Of a stretch of DNA of 32,000 nt, positions 25,205-32,000 are shown in pieces. This stretch comes from Bacillus subtilis subsp. subtilis str. 168 (GTDB lineage Bacteria; Bacillota; Bacilli; Bacillales; Bacillaceae). Position numbers and translations under genes: made by a program. The first letter of the stretch is position 1. Each line of letters opens with the position of its first letter. The notes under the pieces were generated by a model that did not search any database, was not told the origin of the DNA, and saw only the letters and a program-made list of their open reading frames with translations. The stretch spans positions 840,001 through 872,000 of the forward strand of contig NC_000964.3 in assembly GCF_000009045.1 (NCBI RefSeq). The letters run 5' to 3'.

Positions 25205-26260
25205 ATGAATCGTATCTTTTTTATTTTAGTGGCGGCCGGTGTTCCGCTTTCTGTGATTGGCAGTTTGATGCATTGGCCTTCCGCGGTTCTATTTGCAGTT
25301 TATTGCGTGACGATTATCGCGCTTGCAAGCTATATGGGGAGGGCGACAGAATCACTGTCCATCATTGCAGGACCGCGTATCGGCGGTTTGTTGAATGCAA
25401 CCTTCGGGAATGCGGTGGAGCTGATTATTTCCCTTTTTGCATTAAAAGAAGGCCTGACAGGAATCGTGCTTGCCTCTTTAACCGGTTCAGTGCTGGGGAA
25501 CCTGTTGCTGGTAGCGGGCCTATCGTTTTTTGTCGGCGGTTTAAAATATAAGCGGCAGGAATTTAATATCCATGATGCCCGCCATAACTCCGGGCTTCTG
25601 ATTTTTGCCATCATTGTCGCCTTTGTGATTCCGGAGGTATTCTCTGTTGGTATGGGAAACGCCAGCAAGCTCAATTTAAGCATCGGCATCAGCATCATTA
25701 TGATTCTGTTATATGTGGCGGCGCTGTACTTTAAACTTGTCACGCATCGGGGCGTTTATCAGCCGAATAATGCCGCTCAGACTGAAGAAGAGGAAGAGCC
25801 AGAATGGTCAGGGAAGGTTGCGACGATTGTCTTGTTTGCGGCAACGATTGTGGTTGCATACATATCCGAAAACCTGGTCCATACCTTTCACTCGGTGGCT
25901 GAACAGTTCGGGTGGAGCGAGCTGTTTATTGGGGTCATCATCGTGGCGATTGTAGGAAATGCGGCGGAGCATGCGTCAGCGATTATTATGGCCTTCAAAA
26001 ATAAAATGGACATTGCTGTTGAAATTGCAGTAGGCTCTACGCTGCAGATCGCTATGTTTGTCGCACCGGTTCTCGTCATCTGTTCTATCTTTTTTCCGAC
26101 AAGCATGCCGCTTGTATTTACATTGCCTGAGCTCGTCGCGATGGTATCAGCGGTTCTCTTGATGATCGCGATTTCGAATGACGGGGATTCCAACTGGTTT
26201 GAAGGGGCGACACTGCTTGCTGCATATGTCATTATGGCGATCGGCTTTTTCCTTCTTTAA
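25205..26260 (+). CDS. chaA: Ca2+/H+ antiporter, CaCA family
   Basis: 351 aa with 11 TM segments and the two alpha-repeat signatures GNAVELIIS and GNAAEHASA. AAAGGAG RBS upstream. Also known as yfkE. Confidence 0.93.
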   Translation: MNRIFFILVAAGVPLSVIGSLMHWPSAVLFAVYCVTIIALASYMGRATESLSIIAGPRIGGLLNATFGNAVELIISLFALKEGLTGIVLASLTGSVLGNLLLVAGLSFFVGGLKYKRQEFNIHDARHNSGLLIFAIIVAFVIPEVFSVGMGNASKLNLSIGISIIMILLYVAALYFKLVTHRGVYQPNNAAQTEEEEEPEWSGKVATIVLFAATIVVAYISENLVHTFHSVAEQFGWSELFIGVIIVAIVGNAAEHASAIIMAFKNKMDIAVEIAVGSTLQIAMFVAPVLVICSIFFPTSMPLVFTLPELVAMVSAVLLMIAISNDGDSNWFEGATLLAAYVIMAIGFFLL

Positions 26261-26330
26261 CCTGAAAAAATGATGGATAACAACAAAGCGGGATGAAAAG
26301 ACTAAGGGAAAATGCCATAGAAAGAGTGAT

Positions 26331-27125
26331 ATGATGAAAAAGCTATTTCATTCCACACTTATTGTGTTGTTATTCTTTAGTTTTTTCGGCGTTCAGCCCA
26401 TCCACGCGAAAAAGCAGTTTAAGGTTCCTAATTCTGTCGCAAGCATTTCAAAGGAAAACACGTATCCGAATGCTTCACAGGATCAGCCAATGCTTCAGCC
26501 GAGCAAGCTGGCAAAGGAATTGCTCGATCATTCTGAGGTAAAGATTGAAAATCCGCATCTCATCAAAATGCTGAATGAATCCAACATATCCGGCACACCG
26601 CTTGCAGTAGGGTACCGGGCGACAATATTTCTCGGGAAATGGGCGCTCGGCTATGAATCAAATGAAACAGTCGCAAACTGGGAATATAAAAAAATCAATA
26701 CAAACCGTGCGGATAACCGCGGCGGGAAAGAAACGGCTGAAATGCATTATGCCCAGGAACAGCAGTACAGAGTGAAGGGCGGCTTGACAGCTAAAGTTCC
26801 AAATGCTGAAGATGTCAAAAGCATGATGATGCAAAAAGCAATGAAGAAAACGAACCTCCCGCTTGCATTTGAGACGGTCATCGGGGCTGGCACAAAACGG
26901 GATCAGATTTATAAAGTCGCTCCTAAAAAAATCGGTTATCTACATGCATATGCACCGGCTGTGAATGAAAAAGGAAAAGTGACTTACGGAGAAGTGTACT
27001 TAGTGCTGAAAGGAAATAAACGAAAACTCGTCGTGAAAAATGTCACGTCACAGGGAATCGGCGCGTGGATTCCGGTTCAAGATCATGTCACGTTTGGCTT
27101 TCAGCTTTCCTCACTGCCAAGATAA
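26331..27125 (+). CDS. yfkD: Secreted protein of unknown function (YfkD family)
   Basis: 264 aa with an N-terminal signal peptide ending IHA/KK. It starts 70 nt after chaA with no intervening terminator, so it is likely co-transcribed. Confidence 0.82.
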   Translation: MMKKLFHSTLIVLLFFSFFGVQPIHAKKQFKVPNSVASISKENTYPNASQDQPMLQPSKLAKELLDHSEVKIENPHLIKMLNESNISGTPLAVGYRATIFLGKWALGYESNETVANWEYKKINTNRADNRGGKETAEMHYAQEQQYRVKGGLTAKVPNAEDVKSMMMQKAMKKTNLPLAFETVIGAGTKRDQIYKVAPKKIGYLHAYAPAVNEKGKVTYGEVYLVLKGNKRKLVVKNVTSQGIGAWIPVQDHVTFGFQLSSLPR

Positions 27126-27126
27126 A

Positions 27127-27162
27127 TAAAAAACTGATTCCAACTCGGAATCAGTTTTTTTG
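27127..27162. terminator. Bidirectional terminator between convergent yfkD and yfkC
   Basis: AAACTGATTCC (27131-27141) pairs with GGAATCAGTTT (27147-27157), flanked by A and T runs. Confidence 0.85.
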
Positions 27163-27163
27163 T

Positions 27164-28006
27164 TTATTGGGTTCTCTCGATTCGGACCGCTTCCTCAAGC
27201 ATTTGCACATTGTTTTGGTAGAGCTGGCGAACGAGAACCCGTCTTACTGCAAGGCTGGCACTGAAATAATCATCATCTTTCACCATGCCTTTAACCGTAA
27301 ATTCGACGCCGCGATTGATTTTATTCAATGCGGTGATGCCGTGGATTTGAAACGGTTCTGTCGGATTGCCGAATTCATCCCGCTTCAATGAATCACGAAG
27401 CTCTTCATTCAGCATGTCACATGCCTCTTCCAACACGCTGTACACGCGGTCCGGATCTTCTTTAAAGCTGATAAGAAAGGATTCGGTAATCCGCATAAAA
27501 TCAATATTATAGTTCTCTATTTGTCTGACCTCGCCGTTGCTGATGGTGAGCAGCTTCCCGCTCCATTCCCGGATTTGCAGCGAGCGGAGGCCGATTTCCT
27601 CCACTGTCCCGTTGAACAAGTTGTTGACGGTGACATAATCGCCTTTGTGCAGCTGGCGTTCATATATTAAGAATACACCAGCCAGCACATCTTTGATCAG
27701 CGATTGGGCGCCAAAACCGATCACGATACCTGCTACGCCCGCCCCGGCCAATATCTTGCCGAAATCATGCACAAATAAAGAAATAACGTAAAAGATAAAA
27801 CCAATTGTTGCCGTATACTGGGTGACAGAACGGACAAGGCTTTCAATCGTTTTTTCCTTTTTTTCTTCAATAAAGTCCGTCCGTTTAAAAAATAGCTGTA
27901 CCAGCCGGTTGATGATAAAGACACCGATCCAAAGGATAACGGCAACGAGGAGAATATCGACGATTTTATTTTGAAAAATCTCCGTAAGTGTTTCTTTCAT
28001 CCGCAT
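27164..28006 (-). CDS. yfkC: MscS-family small-conductance mechanosensitive channel
   Basis: 280 aa with three N-terminal TM segments followed by an MscS beta-domain. ATG 28006 directly abuts the yfkAB stop codon. The GGAG is only 4 nt from it, so the ATG at 28000 (10-nt spacing) is an alternative start. Confidence 0.88.
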   Translation of the reverse strand: MRMKETLTEIFQNKIVDILLVAVILWIGVFIINRLVQLFFKRTDFIEEKKEKTIESLVRSVTQYTATIGFIFYVISLFVHDFGKILAGAGVAGIVIGFGAQSLIKDVLAGVFLIYERQLHKGDYVTVNNLFNGTVEEIGLRSLQIREWSGKLLTISNGEVRQIENYNIDFMRITESFLISFKEDPDRVYSVLEEACDMLNEELRDSLKRDEFGNPTEPFQIHGITALNKINRGVEFTVKGMVKDDDYFSASLAVRRVLVRQLYQNNVQMLEEAVRIERTQ

Positions 28007-29128
28007 CTAACTCCTGGCTTGACGTTTTGTGAAGTCTGTATCCTGATAATAACTGTTTTTGACAAGAACATTCGGTCCGAGGCACCGGACATTCGGGCAG
28101 TGGCAACTCAGTTCTTTCGCAAGCTTGGTCTCTCTCCACTTTTCATAGGCGGAAGGGAGGCTGTCCGTCTGAATGTTGCCAAGCGGCGGGGTATCACCGA
28201 AATCGGTCACGATAATGTTTCCGTCGAAAATGTTCACATTCAGGCGGGATCGGCCGTCAGGGTCATTTCGCACTGTGACGTTTTTCGCCGCGCGAAGCCG
28301 GCGAAGCAGCTTTTGGTCGTCTTCGTCCGGACTGCAGGCATAAAACGGCAGCGTTCCGAACAGCATCCACGTATTTTCATCACGAATATCCAGCAAGCGG
28401 TGAATGGCCTGTCTCATCTCTTTCAGGCTGAGGGATTCAAGAGCGCTTGCGAAATCGCTTGGATACATTGGGTGGACCTCGTGACGCTGACATTTCATAT
28501 CTTCTGTGATTTGGCGGTGAATATGCTCAATATGCGGAAGTGTTCGTTTGTTCAGCATCGTTTCCGCAGATACCATTACTCCGGCATCCACGAGCGTGCG
28601 GCTGTTTTCGATCATTTTTTCAAAATAGCGCGCGCGCTGTTCGAAGGTCGGTTTTCTGTCCATCATGGCAAAGCCGATTTCAGCAAAATCTTCAACTGTT
28701 CCCCAGTTATGTGAAATATGTAGCACATCGAGATACGGAATGATCCATTCGTACCGCTCGATGTCGAGGGTCAGATTTGAATTAATTTGTGTCCGCACAC
28801 CCCGTTCATGGGCATATTTCAATAAAGGAACAACATATTCTTTTACTGATTTCAACGAAAGCATCGGCTCTCCGCCTGTGATGCTGATGGATCTGAGGCG
28901 CGGGATTTCCTCCAGCCGTTTTAACAGAAGATCTATTGGCAGAGCATTCGGGTCTTTAGGCTGCAATGTATAGCCTACAGCACAATGCTCGCATCTCATA
29001 TTGCACAGTGTCGTTGTTGTGAATTCAACGTTTGTCAGCTGCATGTCTCCGTATTGGTCAACATCCATATAGGCTTCCCAAGGGTCAAACTCGGGCGTAA
29101 TCGGACGCAGCTTCGTGTTTTGTGTCAT
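28007..29128 (-). CDS. yfkAB: Radical SAM enzyme with a C-terminal CxCxxxxC motif, substrate unknown
   Basis: 373 aa with the radical-SAM cluster motif CNMRCEHCAVG (CxxxCxxC), a GGEP SAM-binding motif and the C-terminal motif CHCPNVRC. An AAGGAG RBS lies 10 nt upstream. Confidence 0.9.
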   Translation of the reverse strand: MTQNTKLRPITPEFDPWEAYMDVDQYGDMQLTNVEFTTTTLCNMRCEHCAVGYTLQPKDPNALPIDLLLKRLEEIPRLRSISITGGEPMLSLKSVKEYVVPLLKYAHERGVRTQINSNLTLDIERYEWIIPYLDVLHISHNWGTVEDFAEIGFAMMDRKPTFEQRARYFEKMIENSRTLVDAGVMVSAETMLNKRTLPHIEHIHRQITEDMKCQRHEVHPMYPSDFASALESLSLKEMRQAIHRLLDIRDENTWMLFGTLPFYACSPDEDDQKLLRRLRAAKNVTVRNDPDGRSRLNVNIFDGNIIVTDFGDTPPLGNIQTDSLPSAYEKWRETKLAKELSCHCPNVRCLGPNVLVKNSYYQDTDFTKRQARS

Positions 29129-29272
29129 GACTATCTAACTCCTTTATAAATGGGCATACTAACGCTGCCAACAGTTAATTTTAGACCTGATTTGCCAAGA
29201 TCGCAAGTAGCGCGGCGATTGAAAAACGGCAAAAAATGAGCTACCATAATAAAAAATGAATGGAGGAACAGA

Positions 29273-29458
29273 ATGGGGAACGCCGTAAACAATAAAGATC
29301 AGCAGATTGATTATTTAAAGAACAGACTTGACATGTTTATGAACGTCATCGATTCATTAGACCCTGAAGCAACCGACGTTGAAGATATAGACAGGCTTAT
29401 CAGCATGCTTGATGACCTGGAAGCCAAATACGAACGTTTTAAAAAAGATTGGGAATAA
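29273..29458 (+). CDS. yfjT: Small acidic helical protein, function unknown
   Basis: 61 aa (MGNAVNNKDQQIDYLKNRLDMF...). A GGAGG RBS lies 5 nt upstream and the gene has its own terminator. Confidence 0.75.
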   Translation: MGNAVNNKDQQIDYLKNRLDMFMNVIDSLDPEATDVEDIDRLISMLDDLEAKYERFKKDWE

Positions 29459-29485
29459 AACCGCGTGCCCGCCGCGGTTTTTTTA
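29457..29485 (+). terminator. Rho-independent terminator after yfjT
   Basis: AAAACCGCG pairs with CGCGGTTTT around a 7-nt loop, followed by a T-run. Confidence 0.75.
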
Positions 29486-29558
29486 TTGGCATAAAGCAAC
29501 AGTATAAAACAAAGTCTCTATCTGTAAAATAAGAAAAAATGCAGAAGGAGCGCTGGCC

Positions 29559-30350
29559 ATGAAGTGGATGTGTTCAATATGCTGCGCCGCCGTATTGCTT
29601 GCCGGAGGTGCAGCACAGGCGGAAGCGGTGCCGAATGAGCCGATTAATTGGGGCTTTAAACGAAGTGTCAATCATCAGCCGCCAGATGCCGGGAAGCAGC
29701 TGAACAGTTTAATTGAAAAATATGACGCGTTTTATTTAGGGAATACAAAGGAAAAAACGATTTACTTAACGTTTGATAACGGATATGAAAATGGCTATAC
29801 GCCAAAAGTGCTTGATGTCTTAAAAAAACATCGCGTAACAGGAACGTTTTTTGTCACCGGGCATTTCGTAAAGGACCAGCCTCAGCTGATCAAACGAATG
29901 TCAGATGAGGGCCATATTATCGGCAATCATTCCTTTCACCATCCGGATTTAACGACAAAAACAGCTGATCAGATTCAGGATGAACTTGATTCAGTCAACG
30001 AAGAGGTTTATAAAATTACGGGAAAGCAGGACAACCTGTATTTGCGTCCGCCGCGCGGCGTGTTCAGTGAGTACGTACTGAAAGAAACGAAACGCCTCGG
30101 CTATCAAACCGTTTTCTGGTCGGTCGCTTTTGTTGATTGGAAAATCAACAACCAAAAGGGAAAGAAATATGCCTACGATCATATGATCAAGCAGGCGCAC
30201 CCGGGAGCCATTTACCTGCTTCACACCGTATCGAGGGACAATGCAGAAGCGCTGGATGACGCGATTACAGATCTGAAAAAACAGGGCTACACTTTTAAAA
30301 GCATTGATGATCTGATGTTTGAGAAAGAAATGAGGCTGCCGTCTTTGTAA
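29559..30350 (+). CDS. pdaA: Peptidoglycan N-acetylmuramic acid deacetylase (delta-lactam formation in spore cortex), NodB/CE4 family
   Basis: 263 aa with a signal peptide (AAQAEA) and NodB motifs TFDNGY and HSFHHP. GAAGGAG RBS upstream. Confidence 0.93.
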   Translation: MKWMCSICCAAVLLAGGAAQAEAVPNEPINWGFKRSVNHQPPDAGKQLNSLIEKYDAFYLGNTKEKTIYLTFDNGYENGYTPKVLDVLKKHRVTGTFFVTGHFVKDQPQLIKRMSDEGHIIGNHSFHHPDLTTKTADQIQDELDSVNEEVYKITGKQDNLYLRPPRGVFSEYVLKETKRLGYQTVFWSVAFVDWKINNQKGKKYAYDHMIKQAHPGAIYLLHTVSRDNAEALDDAITDLKKQGYTFKSIDDLMFEKEMRLPSL

Positions 30351-30354
30351 AAGA

Positions 30355-30387
30355 GAAAGACCTCTCCTTAAACGGAGAGGCTTTTCT
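30355..30387. terminator. Bidirectional terminator between convergent pdaA and yfjR
   Basis: GACCTCTCC (30359-30367) pairs with GGAGAGGC (30374-30381), with A/T runs on both sides. Confidence 0.85.
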
Positions 30388-31248
30388 TTATTTTATACAT
30401 TTAATCAGTGCGGCCCAGTCCAGATCCCCGAAGCCTTTCTCAATCCCGCTTTCAAAATGGCTCTTGGCCAGCTCGGCAAGAGGAAGATTTGCAGAAACCC
30501 GTTTTGCGGCGGCGAGTGCCAGGTTGGTATCCTTCAGCCCTAAAGACATTTTGAAGCCGGCCGGCTCAAATTTCTGCTCGGCCATAATGGTTCCGTAATT
30601 TTGATAGACTGGAGAACCAAAGAGCGCGCTGGCGATTTCTAAAAATTGTTTTTGTTCTAAGCCGTATTTCTCCATCATTAAAAAGGATTCAGATAACGCC
30701 TCCAGCATGGACACAAGCAAGAAATTAATGCTGATTTTGGCTGCATTTGCCGTCTTGCTTTCTTCGCCGACGTCAAATATCTGCTGGCTCAGGCTGTCGA
30801 GCAGAGGCTTGGCAGCTTGCTTTGCTTCCGCCGGTCCGGCTGTTATGATACGGAGCGCGGCTTTGGCTGCGGCATCCGGTCTGCCAAGGACAGGAGCGGC
30901 GAGAAAAAATTGTCCTTTCTCTGCATGAGCCGCTGCGAGCTTTTCTGAGAACTCAACACTGATTGTGCTCATCGAGATGTGTATGCCGTTCTCTGCTAAT
31001 CCTTCAAGCAGCCCGTCTTCTCCGAATGTCACGGTGCTGACAGAATCATCATCTGCAAGCATTGTGATGACAATATCAGCGGACTTTGCCGCCAGCCGCG
31101 GCGTATCAGCTGCCTGTGCGCCTTCTGTGACAAGGTCTTCTGTCTTTTGTTTCGTCCGGTTATAGACAGTCAATTCGTAGCCTGCTTGAAGAACATTTCG
31201 GGCAATGGGCTGTCCCATATTGCCGAGTCCGATGACAGCAATTTTCAA
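30388..31248 (-). CDS. yfjR: NAD(P)-dependent beta-hydroxyacid dehydrogenase (3-hydroxyisobutyrate / 6-phosphogluconate dehydrogenase-like)
   Basis: The ORF-track frame starts at GTG 31257. TTG 31248 (MKIAVIGLGNMGQPIA) lies about 7 nt after GGGAGTGA and gives 286 aa. It has the Rossmann motif GLGNMG. Confidence 0.88.
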   Translation of the reverse strand: MKIAVIGLGNMGQPIARNVLQAGYELTVYNRTKQKTEDLVTEGAQAADTPRLAAKSADIVITMLADDDSVSTVTFGEDGLLEGLAENGIHISMSTISVEFSEKLAAAHAEKGQFFLAAPVLGRPDAAAKAALRIITAGPAEAKQAAKPLLDSLSQQIFDVGEESKTANAAKISINFLLVSMLEALSESFLMMEKYGLEQKQFLEIASALFGSPVYQNYGTIMAEQKFEPAGFKMSLGLKDTNLALAAAKRVSANLPLAELAKSHFESGIEKGFGDLDWAALIKCIK

Positions 31249-31320
31249 TCTAATCACTCCCTGAATATTTTTTCCATTATAAACAATATGAACAGAATAT
31301 GCATAGCGATCGGCTTACAA

Positions 31321-31346
31321 CAAAAAAGAACAGCTGCTCGCTGTCC
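31321..31346 (-). terminator. Rho-independent terminator directly after the yfjQ stop
   Basis: On the minus strand, GGACAGC-GAGCA-GCTGTTC (one G-U pair) is followed by TTTTTTG. Confidence 0.7.
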
Positions 31347-32000
31347 TCATTTAAAAATATTGAACCATCCTTTATGTACAAACCAAATCAGCATTCCAAT
31401 CACAAGCGCGGCCATCAGGCCAAGTACAGCGAAATATCCGTATTTCCAATGCAGCTCCGGCATAAAGTCGAAGTTCATACCGTATACACCGGCAATAAAG
31501 GTGAGCGGGATGAAAATGGTTGATACGATCGTCAGTGTCATCATAATCGCATTCATCCGGTTTGAGTTTAGCGTCACGTAGCTGTCACGCAAGTCGGACG
31601 TCATGTCACGGTTGGATTCCACAATTTCAGACAACTTTAACAAATGATCATATATGTCGCTGAAATAGGCTTTCGTTTCCCGCTGCTCTTTCACATGGTC
31701 AAGGCTTAAAATCCGGTAGAGCAAATCACGCATCGGGATAATCGTCCGTCTCAAATGCAATAGGTCTGTTCTGAGATCAAACACCTCGTTCATCAGCGTT
31801 CCATACGTTTTGTGGGGACGGCTTTCTTCAATTTCATTCAGCCGGTCTTCAATTTTATACACGAGAGGAAAATATTCATCAACAAGCTGATCCATGATCA
31901 TATAAGAAATATGCCCGGGCCCTTTTTTCAATATGTCCGGTGAAGCATACAAACGCTCCCGGACTTTAGCGATACCGGGCGTTTCGTGTAAATGAAAGGT
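31347..32000 (-). CDS. yfjQ: CorA-like divalent metal (Mg2+/Co2+) transporter, C-terminal part; the 5' end lies beyond the window
   Basis: The track start at 31952 is a TTG artefact. The frame stays open to position 32000 (…TFHLHETPGIAKVRERLYASPD…). It has a C-terminal 2-TM region with the CorA signature YGMNF. Confidence 0.88.
   Translation of the reverse strand, partial: TFHLHETPGIAKVRERLYASPDILKKGPGHISYMIMDQLVDEYFPLVYKIEDRLNEIEESRPHKTYGTLMNEVFDLRTDLLHLRRTIIPMRDLLYRILSLDHVKEQRETKAYFSDIYDHLLKLSEIVESNRDMTSDLRDSYVTLNSNRMNAIMMTLTIVSTIFIPLTFIAGVYGMNFDFMPELHWKYGYFAVLGLMAALVIGMLIWFVHKGWFNIFK

Noticed and set aside
27971-28714. 247-aa ORF on the plus strand, antisense inside yfkAB/yfkC
   Set aside because: It is a shadow ORF opposite a radical-SAM CDS with intact catalytic motifs. 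It has no RBS and no family resemblance.
29489-29530. Attempt to assign a SigG promoter upstream of pdaA (and SigG/SigK-like CATAATA upstream of yfjT at 29245-29251)
   Set aside because: I could not align both the -35 (GNATA) and -10 (CATNNTA) elements at the correct spacing for pdaA. The yfjT match covers only the -10. Neither is reported as a feature.
1-32000. Search for mobile elements, CRISPR arrays, defence or toxin-antitoxin modules, prophage remnants, and rRNA/tRNA genes
   Set aside because: I found no transposase, integrase or recombinase ORFs, no repeat-spacer arrays, no long direct or inverted repeats flanking any block, and no structured-RNA gene signatures. Every ORF of 60 aa or more with translation signals is accounted for by a recognisable core gene.

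Overview
This window looks like an ordinary core-chromosome segment of Bacillus subtilis (168-like), running mapB/yflG - nagP - ltaS - yflD - yflB - yflA - yfkTSRQ - trePAR - yfkO - yfkN - yfkM - yfkL - yfkK - yfkJIH - yfkF - yfkE(chaA) - yfkD - yfkC - yfkAB - yfjT - pdaA - yfjR - yfjQ. I recognised the genes from the translated ORFs and catalytic motifs, from memory. No database search was run, so the gene names should be confirmed by BLAST. Content: two EIIA-less PTS permeases (GlcNAc and trehalose) with their regulatory sites, the trehalose operon, lipoteichoic acid synthase, an orphan GerA-family germinant receptor operon, a 1462-aa sortase-anchored double nucleotidase, several SigB-type stress genes, two MFS transporters, a Ca2+/H+ antiporter, an MscS-like channel coupled to a radical-SAM protein, the spore-cortex deacetylase PdaA, and a CorA-like transporter cut by the window end. 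About 11 Rho-independent terminators are visible, many of them bidirectional between convergent genes. I found no rRNA or tRNA genes, CRISPR arrays, transposases, integrases, phage genes, long repeats or obvious compositional islands. I also see no convincing evidence for a novel multi-gene system. The points most worth follow-up are modest. (1) An unlisted 35-codon ORF with an RBS and terminator downstream of yfkH, encoding a basic, minor-SASP-like micropeptide. (2) The non-canonical A-C-small-B order of the orphan yfkQRST germinant receptor. (3) The stop/start-abutted pair of radical-SAM yfkAB and MscS-like yfkC, function unknown. (4) The architecture of yfkN and its candidate PhoP-box promoter. 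Several ORF-track starts are N-terminal over-extensions, since the track accepts TTG/GTG as starts. I corrected them using RBS position.
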